NCBI GenBank assembly: GCA_964465185.1
Contig: CAYXKX010000003.1
Coordinates: 1,527 to 65,526 of the forward strand
Source of the DNA: an uncultured Chitinophagaceae bacterium
GTDB taxonomy: Bacteria; Bacteroidota; Bacteroidia; Chitinophagales; JADJOU01
Length of the DNA stretch: 64,000 nt
Direction: 5' to 3'
In this document: piece after piece, positions 45,979 to 56,513 of the stretch
Layout of the letters: every line of letters starts with the position of its first letter
How positions within the stretch are numbered: position 1 is the first letter of the stretch
Notes under the pieces: generated by a model
The model's input: the letters and a program-made list of their open reading frames with translations, nothing else
Told to the model about the DNA's origin: nothing
Databases searched by the model: none
Translations under genes and position numbers: made by a program

Positions 45979-46710
45979 TCACATCAGATTATTCCATATC
46001 TCCCATGACAAGTCTGCCTGGCTAAACAGCATTGGCAATCCGTTTAATATCATACATCCCTGCTCATCGGCTTTTTCGAGAAATTTTGTAATCATAGGAT
46101 TGTAAATCAAGTCTACAAAAAGGGTATCTTGAAGTGCGGTTCCGAAATTTAAAGGTGGGCAATCATCTAAATTCGGAAACATACCGATTGGTGTAGAATT
46201 AACTATTAAAGAATAGTCCGCTAAGTCTAATGTTTCTATCTGAGACCAAGGAATATCCGAATGATCTCTACTCAGTATATCCACAGGCATTTTTAATAGA
46301 TTTTCAATAGCATAGTTTACAGCTAAACTAGCGCCACCATTTCCCAAAATCAACGCTTTTCGATTTCTGGAAAAACTCTTTTTAAAGACTGATTTATAAA
46401 ATCCTTGAAAGTCGGTATTGTATCCATAGCTCTTTCCTGCTCTAATTGCTATACAATTAATAGCGCCGATTCTTTCTGCGTGAATATCTAATATATCAAT
46501 TTGATCTACTAAAGATTTTTTATAAGGTATGGTGATGTTGAAACCATCAAATTGATGCCTTATTTCAGGCCAAGAATTCATTAAATCTTCCTCAGATTCG
46601 AATTCTAAATTTTCATAGCTAGCTTCTATGTTTTCCCGTTGAAACTTCGATGTGAAATAGGTTTTGGAAAACGAATGCGAAAGGGATTTACCGATTAATG
46701 CGAATTTCAT
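45979..46710 (-). CDS. aroE: Shikimate dehydrogenase
   Basis: LIGKSLSHSFS (SKS-type substrate motif), NITIPYK, NTD, GNGGAS Rossmann motif. Confidence 0.85.
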   Translation of the reverse strand: MKFALIGKSLSHSFSKTYFTSKFQRENIEASYENLEFESEEDLMNSWPEIRHQFDGFNITIPYKKSLVDQIDILDIHAERIGAINCIAIRAGKSYGYNTDFQGFYKSVFKKSFSRNRKALILGNGGASLAVNYAIENLLKMPVDILSRDHSDIPWSQIETLDLADYSLIVNSTPIGMFPNLDDCPPLNFGTALQDTLFVDLIYNPMITKFLEKADEQGCMILNGLPMLFSQADLSWEIWNNLM

Positions 46711-46784
46711 TTCATTTATTTTTTTGAATATGCTCGAATCTTTGCAAAATTAACACTATAAAACGCTTCTGCATAAACAATTTA

Positions 46785-46947
46785 CCACATAGACCACATA
46801 GTTTATTTTGGTATGCTATGTGTAAAAGTTTAACTTTTCTATATTACCTTTGGTGTAGCTACGAGTATTATGCTCAGTAAGCGAATTTACTCGCAAAGTG
46901 CGAGAGATTCATATAGAAATATCAAACAATCTATGTGTACTATGTGG
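46785..46947. repeat. 163-nt segment bounded by 17-nt imperfect inverted repeats (CCACATAGACCACATAG / CTATGTGTACTATGTGG)
   Basis: Left arm 46785-46801, right arm 46931-46947, 15/17 complementary. No ORF inside. Confidence 0.4.
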
Positions 46948-46994
46948 TCTTATCACCGGTCTTTGCGAATATAAAGTGATATTCATTTAGTTTA

Positions 46995-49900
46995 TTAATT
47001 CAAACTTTGTCTATGAGCTAATTGCTCACACCAAGGACATTCTATTTTTTGACAACAACCAAATTCTTTACTTTGAATCTTCTCAAAGGTAGTTAATATG
47101 AGGTTTTTCATATATTTCTCGTCCTCCAACGAAGGCTGAAAAGTGAATATCTTAATTTCCTTATCCTCAGGTAAAATATAGACATAACGGACTTCTTGGA
47201 GTTTTTTATCGGGATAGTTTTCCTTGACCAACATCGAGTAAATTACAGCCTGGCGCCAATAATTTCCACCGAAAATTTCATCTACTGTCGCGTCTTCTTT
47301 CAATTCTTTATCCGGATTAAAACTATCCAGTTTATGTTTCTTTTTTGAATTAGAAAGCTTACCTGTCTTATAATCCACGATAGTTATACTATTATCATCA
47401 AAGATGATTTTATCTAATTTGCCAGTAAAAGAACAAGGTCCGATTTTCATTTCGAGACTGGCTTCTAATTCAAAATTGGAAGATTTATTCGTTTGTAAAT
47501 ATTGATGATAAAGTATGGGCAGATTGGTCTCTAGAGCCTGCTGAACATCTCTAAACTCGATTTCTGTCATGAGTCCACGGTAATGATAGATCAATTGTCG
47601 CGCCATGTTAAGCAGCTCTTCGAGACTGTCTTTTTCAGGTTGGTCTTTGAGCATTTTATCAAAATTTTCAAGCAATCCGTGGTAAAAATTACCCATACTC
47701 ATCTGAAACGATGTTTCGGAAGGGATGCTTATCATCTTGTCCATATAAAATTTCTGCGGACATTCGAGATAGGTATTCATCGTCGAATGGCTCATTTTAA
47801 AATTTTCCAAACGCTGATGAATAAAATTATTCTCAAACAATTTTTCATCTTTTATCGCTAAGGCTGAAACATTGAGAGTCTCGAAGCGCGTATAATCATT
47901 TTCATTCAATTTATAAACGAAGGAAATCACAGGTGCTGCTATATCTGGTGTTTTTTTCATCTCCTCTTCAGATACGGGATTGATTTCAACTTTGAATTTA
48001 TTTTTCGAATCTCCTTTACCATCCGTGACGATATCTGTGAGATAAAGTTTTTTCTTAGCTCGAGTCATAGCCACATAAAGCAAACGCCGCTTCTCTTCTT
48101 CGTTTCTTGACTTCTCGTTTTCATCTGATAGATTCAAATCAATGAGTTCCTCTGGAACATAGAGACTTTCTTTACTTCTATTGCTATATCTTCCAGCATT
48201 ATAAACAAAAACAAAGTCGTACTCCAGTCCCTTACTCTTATGATATGTCATAAGGTTAATACTATTTTCTGATTGAAATCGTTTGGTATACGGGATAGCG
48301 ATATCCTCTCGCAGATAGGCTTCTAGTCTTTTTATAAAGTCGCTCATCTTTCCATTTTCCACTTTATTCAGATAGTCTTTTAGGAAATTATCCAAAACTT
48401 CTATTTTCTGTAAAATATCCATTCGCTGTGGCTGTTTCAGCGCCCATTCCTTGATTTGAAAACTATCTAGCACGAAGTGGAAAAATCGCTGAGGAGGCAT
48501 CAATGAAAGCTTTTGCACACAAGTTTTGTAAATAGCCAAGGCTTGTTCTATTTTTTCTATGCCTTGATATTTCTCTAAAAACAGTAAAAAATCAAGCGGA
48601 TTACGTATCTCTAGTTCCTTGACTTCTGCCCAAAAACGACTGATATCATAGAGAGAAATTCCCATCCATGGGTGCATCAACAATTCACCGAACTGCTCTG
48701 GCGATAGCACTTTTCGATTGGCAAAGTCTTGAATAAAATAGAAAATTTGAATGTAGGAAAGTATGAGTTTATCTTCTAAAATGTTCTCATCTTTACTCAA
48801 TTCATAAGGATAGTCAAGCACCGCCAAATACTGTGCAAAGTCAATCATTTGATTATTATTGGGGAATAGAACAGCGATATCTTTAAAATCGACTCCTTTC
48901 TTTACTAAGTCTTCTATTTTCAAAACTATCGGCAACATTTCATCTTCCTTATTCTCCACTTCTATCAGTTCGATAGGTTCTGAACTTTCTTTCAGACTAG
49001 GATGGGCCGCCTCTAGTTTCTTGATAATCGTTTTGCCTTCGATAATATTCGTAATTCTCTCCGTATTTTTTTCTATCAATACGCGGGAAACATCCAATAT
49101 AATTGGTGTAGAGCGGTAGTTTTTATCCAAAACCACCATGCGATCGTATTGTTCTTCGGCTGGTAAATGCGCTAAATATCGCTTGTGAAAATCGTGAATA
49201 TTAAACAAGTTAGCACCCTGAAAGCGATAGATAGACTGGTCTTCATCTCCTACCACCATGACATTCGGATCTTCAACGTCTCGACACAATTGATGTATAA
49301 GGTCCAACTGCGCACCGCTCGTATCTTGAAATTCATCGACGAGAATGACTTGATATTGCTCTTGTATATCCAACCGCAAGTCTTCACTCTTATCCATTAG
49401 CTCTAAAGCTTTCAGAAGCATATCATCGAAATCCATGAGTTTTCGAGAGGTGACTATTTCATTGTATTTTTGATAAATCTGAAGCGCTTGTATATTCTTG
49501 GTTAGCTTATTTTCAAACTTATCCCATTTACCTTGATTAAAATCCCCTTTGACAAAATCTCCTGTTTTCTTTTTATATACAAACTCTTCCGAATCTTTCT
49601 TGATTCGCAGTTCGTCCTCAATCGCTTTTATAAGAATATCCGCATCGTATTTTTCCTTTTTTATTTGAGAAATAATAGAAAGAATAAAGCTAATACTGCT
49701 ATCTACACTCGACACACCTTTTTTGAGGGGTGTATTGAATTCTAATTCTTCCAGTAGTTCGCGAACTAAGATTTTTTTATCGATATCATCGATGAATTGA
49801 AAAGTCTCTAAATCATTGTAACGACTATATCGCTGAATGACTTTCTCCGCAAAGCTGTGAAACGTATAGACCTCCACATCATTTCCTTCTGGGCCTATGA

Positions 49901-50138
49901 GTTCGACCAATCGCTGCTTCATAGCGGCCACACCACTAGTGGTATAAGTCAGACAAAGGATATTAAACGGTCGAAAATCTGTTTCGCGCAGAATATGCCC
50001 GACTCGTGTAGAAAGAAGCTGGGTCTTTCCCGTCCCAGGACCTGCTATGACCATGAGAGGACCATAAATAGTATCTACAGCTTGCTTTTGCTTTTCATTA
50101 AGACCTTGATAGGCTTTCGTATATTTTTCTTGGTTCAT
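46995..50138 (-). CDS. UvrD/PcrA-type SF1 helicase fused to a C-terminal PD-(D/E)XK (AddB/Cas4-like, Cys-cluster) nuclease
   Basis: Walker A AGPGTGKT, VDEFQDTS, and further helicase motifs through YVAMTRAKK. The C-terminal region has YLECPQKFY ... DYKTGK ... CCQKIECPWC. Confidence 0.9.
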   Translation of the reverse strand: MNQEKYTKAYQGLNEKQKQAVDTIYGPLMVIAGPGTGKTQLLSTRVGHILRETDFRPFNILCLTYTTSGVAAMKQRLVELIGPEGNDVEVYTFHSFAEKVIQRYSRYNDLETFQFIDDIDKKILVRELLEELEFNTPLKKGVSSVDSSISFILSIISQIKKEKYDADILIKAIEDELRIKKDSEEFVYKKKTGDFVKGDFNQGKWDKFENKLTKNIQALQIYQKYNEIVTSRKLMDFDDMLLKALELMDKSEDLRLDIQEQYQVILVDEFQDTSGAQLDLIHQLCRDVEDPNVMVVGDEDQSIYRFQGANLFNIHDFHKRYLAHLPAEEQYDRMVVLDKNYRSTPIILDVSRVLIEKNTERITNIIEGKTIIKKLEAAHPSLKESSEPIELIEVENKEDEMLPIVLKIEDLVKKGVDFKDIAVLFPNNNQMIDFAQYLAVLDYPYELSKDENILEDKLILSYIQIFYFIQDFANRKVLSPEQFGELLMHPWMGISLYDISRFWAEVKELEIRNPLDFLLFLEKYQGIEKIEQALAIYKTCVQKLSLMPPQRFFHFVLDSFQIKEWALKQPQRMDILQKIEVLDNFLKDYLNKVENGKMSDFIKRLEAYLREDIAIPYTKRFQSENSINLMTYHKSKGLEYDFVFVYNAGRYSNRSKESLYVPEELIDLNLSDENEKSRNEEEKRRLLYVAMTRAKKKLYLTDIVTDGKGDSKNKFKVEINPVSEEEMKKTPDIAAPVISFVYKLNENDYTRFETLNVSALAIKDEKLFENNFIHQRLENFKMSHSTMNTYLECPQKFYMDKMISIPSETSFQMSMGNFYHGLLENFDKMLKDQPEKDSLEELLNMARQLIYHYRGLMTEIEFRDVQQALETNLPILYHQYLQTNKSSNFELEASLEMKIGPCSFTGKLDKIIFDDNSITIVDYKTGKLSNSKKKHKLDSFNPDKELKEDATVDEIFGGNYWRQAVIYSMLVKENYPDKKLQEVRYVYILPEDKEIKIFTFQPSLEDEKYMKNLILTTFEKIQSKEFGCCQKIECPWCEQLAHRQSLN

Positions 50139-50154
50139 TTGGGTTGTTTTGGAG

Positions 50155-50191
50155 CAAATCTAGGGCTTATGGGTGTCAAGGAATGTCGTTT
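50155..50191 (-). promoter_or_regulatory. Promoter of the helicase-nuclease gene with shared extended architecture
   Basis: Read on the minus strand: AAACGACA-ttcct-TGACA-N11-TAGATTTG, ending 16 nt before the ATG (50138). Confidence 0.45.
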
Positions 50192-50213
50192 GAGATTTTA
50201 TTTTTATACTTGA

Positions 50214-50308
50214 TTGTTGGTGAATAACACCAACAATTAAGCCATTCAAGGTCTATCGACCTTGAATCATTTGTTTTTTTCTTAAGTCAAGGTGGCAACA
50301 CCTTGACT
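50214..50308. repeat. Cluster of palindromic units P3, P1, P2
   Basis: P3 TTGTTGGTG-aataa-CACCAACAA (50214-50236), P1 ATTCAAGGTC-tatc-GACCTTGAAT (50244-50267), P2 AGTCAAGGTGG-caa-CACCTTGACT (50285-50308). Confidence 0.8.
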
Positions 50309-50416
50309 GGCTGGGGAAGTATAGCGAAGATGTGCAGCAGAGTCTCTCGAAGAGGACTCTGCCTTAGGAGAAGGGGACATACCTGACATAAACAAGAAAT
50401 TTATTCTATCCTCAAA

Positions 50417-50899
50417 CTAACCTTTCTTCTTCCTCTTCTCTACCACTTCATCATTCAATTTCTTCTTATAGTCCATCAGTTTATTCGCTATAGATTCATC
50501 GGAAGTGCCTAAAATCTGTGCAGCGAGTATGCCGGCATTTTTAGCGGCATTGAGGGCTACGGTAGCTACAGGCACGCCATTCGGCATTTGGAGAATGGAG
50601 AGAACGCTGTCCCAGCCATCAATAGAATTAGAAGACTTTACGGGTACACCTATCACTGGAAGATGAGTCAAAGAAGCTACCATCCCCGGTAAATGTGCTG
50701 CACCTCCTGCACCTGCTATGATGACTGCAATATCATTTTTTGCGGCATTCTTCGCAAAATCAAACATATACTCTGGTGTGCGGTGCGCAGAAACGATATC
50801 AACTAAGTTTGGAATTCCAAACTCATTGAGTATATCCACTGCATCTTGCATCACGTTCAAATCACTATCGCTTCCCATTATGACGGCTACTTTCTTCAT
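50417..50899 (-). CDS. purE: 5-(carboxyamino)imidazole ribonucleotide mutase
   Basis: VAVIMGSDSDL, SAHRTP and GAGGAAHLPGM are class I PurE motifs. Confidence 0.95.
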   Translation of the reverse strand: MKKVAVIMGSDSDLNVMQDAVDILNEFGIPNLVDIVSAHRTPEYMFDFAKNAAKNDIAVIIAGAGGAAHLPGMVASLTHLPVIGVPVKSSNSIDGWDSVLSILQMPNGVPVATVALNAAKNAGILAAQILGTSDESIANKLMDYKKKLNDEVVEKRKKKG

Positions 50900-50917
50900 C
50901 TTTACTTCGTTTTAGAT

Positions 50918-52066
50918 TTATGATTTTATCTTGATATTTTCTTTGATCCAGTTTAGCTGAGTAATCAATTTACTTTTATTTGTGTTTAAGACCGTAATAT
51001 GTCCCATTTTTCGTCCAGGCTTGGTTTCCTTCTTACCGTAGAGGTGAAGATATGCTTCGCCATGCTCATGTAATTGCTGCAAATTTTCTACATAAGGTGC
51101 TCCGATATATTGTTCTTCACCTATCAGATTGACCATGCCCGCATAGCCTTTCATTGTGATATCAGGTATAGGTAACCCTAGAAGTATTCTCAATTGTGCT
51201 TGATATTGGGAAATATTGCAACCTTCAATTGTATAATGTGCACTATTATGTGCTCGAGGAGCCACTTCATTCACCATGACCTCTCCCTTTTTAGTTAGGA
51301 AAAATTCAATAGAAAAGAGTCCTGGAGATTTGAGGGATTTGGCCAGTTTTGAAGCTATGGAATTTACTTTTTTAGTATGTTTATCTTCGATGCTTGCTGG
51401 GGCTATTAAAAAATCAACGAGGTTTAGTTTGGGGTTAAATACCATTTCACAAATAGGGAAAAAATGAACCTTGCCATTCTGCTCTATGGCAATGGTTATG
51501 GCTAACTCTTTTTCAATTTCTACCTTTTTTTCTATCAAAGATGGAACCATTAGTTGCTTCTCCAACTCAGATTTATCTTCAATTATAGTAACACCTTTCC
51601 CGTCATAACCATCTATCTGTGATTTCTGGACGAAAGGATACCATGAATCTGCAATATCGTTTGGTATATTTTTCGTTTCTATCACACAGAACTCTGAAGT
51701 CGGGATATCATTTTCTTTTAAAAATTGTTTTTGTAACGCCTTATTTTGAATCATTTTAATGATTTCAACTCTAGGTATGACCATTTTATCATATTTGCTG
51801 AGTTGCTCTAAGGCATCAGCATTTATATGTTCTATTTCGATAGTCAAGGCATCTTTATCTTTACCAAACTGAATGGTTGTATTGAAATCTTTATAACTAC
51901 CATGGGTAAAGTTGTTTTTAAAAATACTACATGGAGCCTTGATATCATTATCCAAAAAATAAAGATCAACTCCATACAAGAGAGCTTCTTCCTGAAGCAT
52001 TCTTCCTAACTGGCCTCCCCCTAAAACACCTATTTTCCTGCTTAGGTCGATTTTTTTATCTGTCAT
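50918..52066 (-). CDS. purK: 5-(carboxyamino)imidazole ribonucleotide synthase
   Basis: IGVLGGGQLGRM N-terminus, an ATP-grasp core, and a C-terminal GRKMGHITV motif. Confidence 0.95.
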   Translation of the reverse strand: MTDKKIDLSRKIGVLGGGQLGRMLQEEALLYGVDLYFLDNDIKAPCSIFKNNFTHGSYKDFNTTIQFGKDKDALTIEIEHINADALEQLSKYDKMVIPRVEIIKMIQNKALQKQFLKENDIPTSEFCVIETKNIPNDIADSWYPFVQKSQIDGYDGKGVTIIEDKSELEKQLMVPSLIEKKVEIEKELAITIAIEQNGKVHFFPICEMVFNPKLNLVDFLIAPASIEDKHTKKVNSIASKLAKSLKSPGLFSIEFFLTKKGEVMVNEVAPRAHNSAHYTIEGCNISQYQAQLRILLGLPIPDITMKGYAGMVNLIGEEQYIGAPYVENLQQLHEHGEAYLHLYGKKETKPGRKMGHITVLNTNKSKLITQLNWIKENIKIKS

Positions 52067-52073
52067 ATGAAAG

Positions 52074-52081
52074 CAAATGTA
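52074..52081 (-). promoter_or_regulatory. -7 box TACATTTG upstream of purK
   Basis: CAAATGTA on the + strand, 7 nt from the purK start codon. Confidence 0.35.
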
Positions 52082-52198
52082 TCAAATAAATTTCGAACAA
52101 ATATTTCGTTTCTTTCAATTGTTGATAAGTTTATAATACACTTTAAATTCCAGCAAGAATTTAGCTAAATATAACAAGATTATTGAAGTTTTAATAGC

Positions 52199-52206
52199 TA
52201 ATTTTG
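52199..52206 (+). promoter_or_regulatory. -7 box TAATTTTG upstream of the S41 peptidase gene
   Basis: Exact TAnnTTTG match 16 nt upstream of the TTG start at 52223. Confidence 0.4.
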
Positions 52207-52222
52207 CAATCATTTTTACCCT

Positions 52223-53824
52223 TTGAGTATCAAAAACAATTATATAGTTTACAATGCTATAGAAGCAAACCAGTTTCTAAAGAATATATTATTGATTGCA
52301 ATTGGAATCCTACTTGGATTTCTATTTATTCGCACAACTCTCCCAAGTGTCAAGGGACCCAATAAGTTCGAAGAACTTCTAGACATCATCCACAAAAACT
52401 ATGTCGATTCCATTGATCAAAAAGCGGTAGAAAGTAAAGCTGTCAATCATCTCTTAAATAGCTTGGACCCCCACTCTGTGTACATTTCTCGAGAGGATAT
52501 TGATGCCGCTAATGAGCCTTTGTTGGGTTCTTTTTCAGGAATAGGTATCGAGTTTTACATCGTTCATGATACGATAACAGTTGTGTCTCCAATATCAGGA
52601 GGACCTTCAGAATTGGCTGGGATCAAATCTGGTGACAAAATTATTAAAATCAATGATACTACAGTTGCAGGTGTAAAAATAACCAATATTGATGTTTATA
52701 AGAAGCTGAGGGGTGAAAAAGGCAGTAGGGTGAAATTAACTCTTCAAAGAAACCAAACTATTCTACCCTCCATTCTTCTAAAGAGAGACGATATTCGTGT
52801 AAAGAGTGTAGAAGAAGGAATTCTTGTGGACAGTTTCACTGGTTTTATCAAAATAAATTCATTTGGAGAAACGACCTATGAGGAGTTTTATGCAGAATTA
52901 AGCGAGTTAAACCAGCGTAAAATTCAAAATCTGGTCATCGATTTACGACAAAACACAGGGGGTTTTTTAGAAATAGCGGTCAAAATTCTTGATGAATTGA
53001 TCCCCAATAAGCAGTTATTGGTCTTTACAGAAGGCTTAAAGTATAAGAAAGAGGAGTTTTATAGTGGTAAACCTGGGATTTTTGAACAAGGTAAAATTAT
53101 TGTTTTGATCGATGAGGGTTCAGCTAGTGCATCAGAAATTTTAGCTGGGGCTATTCAGGATCTTGATAGGGGTATCATATTAGGAAGAAGGAGTTTTGGC
53201 AAAGGACTGGTTCAAAATCAAATTGAGTTAAGTGATGGGAGTGCAGTCAGGCTAACGGTGGCTAAATACTATACTCCTTCTGGTAGAAACATACAAAAAC
53301 CATACAAACAGTTAGAGAATTATGAAGACGAAGTCTATGAGCGCTATAAAAACGGGGAGTTCTTTCATGAGAATCAAAATGCATCTGGTGATACGGTGGT
53401 TTATTTAACCAAAAAAGGTCGAAAGGTGAAAGGCGGTGGCGGCGTATACCCAGACCTTTTCGTGGCTTTAGATACCAATTATGATTTTGTGAGTTTTTCT
53501 GCATTGAGAAGTTTTGTGCCAGATTTTATTTATTCAAATTACAGTAGATTCGGTTCGGAAATGAAAACGTATAACTCATTCTCTGAATTCCAGAAAAATT
53601 ATCAAATTGACGCATTAATACTCAATGAATTTTATGCATATGCCAAAAAGAATGGCGGAGTTTGGAATGACAAGACGAAACCAAATTATGAAATTAGATT
53701 AAAGAATAGCTTAAAGGCTTTTATGGCTAAGCAATATTATAAAACTGAAGGGTTTCAAAAAATAATCAACGAGTCAGATCCAATGATGCTGAGAGCAAGG
53801 CAATATTTCACAACACTTAAATAA
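52223..53824 (+). CDS. S41 family C-terminal processing peptidase
   Basis: N-terminal TM anchor, PDZ region (GGPSELAGIKSGDKIIKIND), catalytic region LRQNTGGFL ... DEGSASASEI ... GKG. Confidence 0.9.
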   Translation: MSIKNNYIVYNAIEANQFLKNILLIAIGILLGFLFIRTTLPSVKGPNKFEELLDIIHKNYVDSIDQKAVESKAVNHLLNSLDPHSVYISREDIDAANEPLLGSFSGIGIEFYIVHDTITVVSPISGGPSELAGIKSGDKIIKINDTTVAGVKITNIDVYKKLRGEKGSRVKLTLQRNQTILPSILLKRDDIRVKSVEEGILVDSFTGFIKINSFGETTYEEFYAELSELNQRKIQNLVIDLRQNTGGFLEIAVKILDELIPNKQLLVFTEGLKYKKEEFYSGKPGIFEQGKIIVLIDEGSASASEILAGAIQDLDRGIILGRRSFGKGLVQNQIELSDGSAVRLTVAKYYTPSGRNIQKPYKQLENYEDEVYERYKNGEFFHENQNASGDTVVYLTKKGRKVKGGGGVYPDLFVALDTNYDFVSFSALRSFVPDFIYSNYSRFGSEMKTYNSFSEFQKNYQIDALILNEFYAYAKKNGGVWNDKTKPNYEIRLKNSLKAFMAKQYYKTEGFQKIINESDPMMLRARQYFTTLK

Positions 53825-53833
53825 ATCAAAGAA

Positions 53834-54880
53834 ATGCATTTTAACAAGCTTAGAGTAGCAAGCATTGAACAACTAACACCACTATCCAAAAAGATCACAT
53901 TCGAACTACCTGCTTCGATTAGTTCAAATTACAGCTTTAAATCTGGACAATTTGTCAGTTTGGAATTGAATATTGAAGATAAGAAAATAAGGCGTTCGTA
54001 TTCTATATGTTCCCCATCATCTCAATCGAATCAATTCTCTATTGGTGTCAAAGAAATAGTGGATGGATATGGTAGTAAGTACATAAATCAATCCATAAAA
54101 TCAGGCGATGAATTAGAAGTCTCAACTCCAGAGGGAGGCTTCCTTTTAGGTGATATTTCTAGTCAAAAACAATATGTTTTTATCGCAGGCGGCAGTGGTA
54201 TTACGCCTATCTTATCCATGCTTTATGAATTGTTGAGCAATACAACGGCCCTTGTATATCTGAAGTATAGCACATTATCCCAAGAAGAGACCATGTTCTA
54301 TAGTGAATTGAAAGAATTAGAATCAAAATATCCCAATTTAAGGATTGATTTCCTTTATACCAATGGTGAAAATGTATTGAATGAGAACAATCTTGCTGAA
54401 TGGATTAAATCTTTGGGGGTCTCTAATTTCAATGTTTGGGTTTGTGGCCCTGCTGGGATAATTTCTGCTACAGAAAAAGCTTGTCTACTTATTGGATTAG
54501 CTCCTGAAAAGTTTCACAGAGAATATTTTACTGCCAAAAGTGCTGAAGATATGCATTCTGCAAGTGTAGGGAGTGGTTCAGATGCTCCATTATCACCTGG
54601 CGAAGCTGCAGAGATAGAAATCAAATATGAAGGCAAGAAGTTGAAATTTACTTGTCAGTATAATGAAACGATTTTAGACGCTGCATTAAATGCAGGAGGA
54701 GATCCTCCATATTCTTGTTTGGTAGCAGCGTGTAGTACATGTAGAGCTATGGTCAAGACTGGAAATATCGAAATGAAAGATCGTGATGCACTGTCTGATA
54801 AAGATATAGCCAAAGGATTTGTATTGACTTGCCAATCTATGCCTAGAAGTAAGAAGATCATTTTAGATTATGATGAATAA
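53834..54880 (+). CDS. Ferredoxin-NADP reductase-type oxidoreductase with C-terminal 2Fe-2S ferredoxin domain (PaaE-like)
   Basis: FAD motif RRSYSICS, NAD motif FIAGGSGITP, and plant-type 2Fe-2S cysteines CLVAACSTC plus a distal Cys. Confidence 0.85.
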   Translation: MHFNKLRVASIEQLTPLSKKITFELPASISSNYSFKSGQFVSLELNIEDKKIRRSYSICSPSSQSNQFSIGVKEIVDGYGSKYINQSIKSGDELEVSTPEGGFLLGDISSQKQYVFIAGGSGITPILSMLYELLSNTTALVYLKYSTLSQEETMFYSELKELESKYPNLRIDFLYTNGENVLNENNLAEWIKSLGVSNFNVWVCGPAGIISATEKACLLIGLAPEKFHREYFTAKSAEDMHSASVGSGSDAPLSPGEAAEIEIKYEGKKLKFTCQYNETILDAALNAGGDPPYSCLVAACSTCRAMVKTGNIEMKDRDALSDKDIAKGFVLTCQSMPRSKKIILDYDE

Positions 54881-54903
54881 ATATCAGTTTTAAGTTTTGA
54901 GTT

Positions 54904-55416
54904 ATGTTACCAGGAAAAAAAGCACAAGAGTCGTATTCGCAAATGATGGAAATCGTTTTGCCAAATGATACCAATACGATACATAATTTAAGAGGTGGGA
55001 AAATACTGCACTGGATGGATATATGCAGCGCGGTGAGCGCAGGTAGACATGCAGAAGCGGTAGTAGTCACCGTCACAGTAGATCAGGTGAGCTTTGAGAA
55101 TCCTATCAAAATGGGAGATGTCGTTACTATCATGAGCAAAGTGACTCGCGCTTTTTCTACTTCGATGGAAGTCAAAATAGAAGTTTGGGCAGAAAATCTC
55201 CCTACTAAAAATAGATACAAATGTAACTCTGCCTATTATTCCTTTGTGGCATTGGACAGTAATGGTAAACCGAAAAAGGTAGCACCCCTCATTCCAGAAT
55301 CAGATGATGAAAAATTAGATTTTGATACAGCGCAGCAGCGACGAGAGATACGCTTATTTATGGCAGGGAAATTGAAAATGGCGGATGCGCCTGCCTTGAA
55401 AGAATTGTTTAAATAA
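54904..55416 (+). CDS. Acyl-CoA thioesterase (hotdog fold, YciA/BFIT-like)
   Basis: VLPNDTNTIHNLRGGKILHWMD is the typical YciA-type N-terminal motif. Confidence 0.85.
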   Translation: MLPGKKAQESYSQMMEIVLPNDTNTIHNLRGGKILHWMDICSAVSAGRHAEAVVVTVTVDQVSFENPIKMGDVVTIMSKVTRAFSTSMEVKIEVWAENLPTKNRYKCNSAYYSFVALDSNGKPKKVAPLIPESDDEKLDFDTAQQRREIRLFMAGKLKMADAPALKELFK

Positions 55417-55420
55417 TGTA

Positions 55421-55454
55421 TTTGTAGAGGCAAGGCATACCTTGCCTCTACAAA
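55421..55454. terminator. Perfect 15-bp stem hairpin between convergent genes (bidirectional terminator candidate)
   Basis: TTTGTAGAGGCAAGG-cata-CCTTGCCTCTACAAA lies between the thioesterase stop (55416) and the SOD stop (55464). Confidence 0.7.
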
Positions 55455-55463
55455 TGCGAAATA

Positions 55464-56156
55464 TTATTTCTCTATTGTAGGCACGGCAGAATATCTGCGA
55501 CTGACTTCCTGCCAATTGATTATAGCCCAAATAGATGAGAGATAATCTCCTCGCTTGTTCTGGTATTTAAGATAATAGGCATGTTCCCAGATATCGATAC
55601 CCAAAATAGGAGTGCCTCTCCTCTCAGCTATATCCATGAGTGGGTTATCTTGATTGGGTGTAGAAGAAACAAATAATTCATTTTCTTTACTGACCGAAAG
55701 CCAAGCCCAGCCTGAACCAAATTGCTTTAGGGCAGCTGAGTTAATCAGTTTTTTTAAACTATCCAGACTTCCAAATTGCTTGATGATGGCATCGTTTAAT
55801 GCTTTTGAAGGCTTGGTATCATGATCTGGAGATAGTATAGACCAAAACAAGGAATGGTTATAGTGCCCTCCTCCATTGTTTCTAACTGAAATAGGATAGG
55901 CAGATATAGATTTCAAAATATCCTCGATACTGCGTTTTAATGTATCTTTTTCTAATGCCTTATTTAAATTAGTAATATAAGCCTGATGATGCTTACTATG
56001 ATGAATGGCCATAGTTTGAGAGTCGATAATGGGCTCTAAGGCTGCGTATGAGTATGAGAGACCAGGCAGGGCAAAAGTCGTCTGAGCAAGGGAAGATATG
56101 TTAATCAAAGTAATAATTACGTAAATACTAATACTACTATTAAGCTTCTTCATCAC
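55464..56156 (-). CDS. Fe/Mn superoxide dismutase with N-terminal signal peptide
   Basis: HHSKHHQAYITNLN and DIWEHAYYL metal-ligand motifs. A hydrophobic N-terminal leader ends in SSLAQ. Confidence 0.95.
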   Translation of the reverse strand: MMKKLNSSISIYVIITLINISSLAQTTFALPGLSYSYAALEPIIDSQTMAIHHSKHHQAYITNLNKALEKDTLKRSIEDILKSISAYPISVRNNGGGHYNHSLFWSILSPDHDTKPSKALNDAIIKQFGSLDSLKKLINSAALKQFGSGWAWLSVSKENELFVSSTPNQDNPLMDIAERRGTPILGIDIWEHAYYLKYQNKRGDYLSSIWAIINWQEVSRRYSAVPTIEK

Positions 56157-56176
56157 TGATTAAAATTTTATTCAAA

Positions 56177-56184
56177 CAAATGTA
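56177..56184 (-). promoter_or_regulatory. -7 box TACATTTG upstream of the SOD gene
   Basis: CAAATGTA on the + strand, 20 nt from the start codon at 56156. Confidence 0.4.
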
Positions 56185-56513
56185 GTAAAACTTGTCAATA
56201 CATTAGGTTGTATGTTTTGATCATTCATATAATTTTGTATACCATTAATTAGGTCATTAAATATTTTATGTACGAATTTGTGGGTTCAAATGAATCAATT
56301 TGTCAATATAAAATACTATAAATGAGCAATATAGCCCTAATAGTAAAGCATAATATATGTAATTTTATTTAAAATATATATTCATATTTATTTTTTATAT
56401 CTAATTTTGTTTAAAATTATTTAGCAACTTAACATTATGGTATGCTAACATTGATGTATCAAGTGAAGATTTTGCTTTATCGTTTTATTTGTAAACCTTA
56501 TAAATTGATAATC

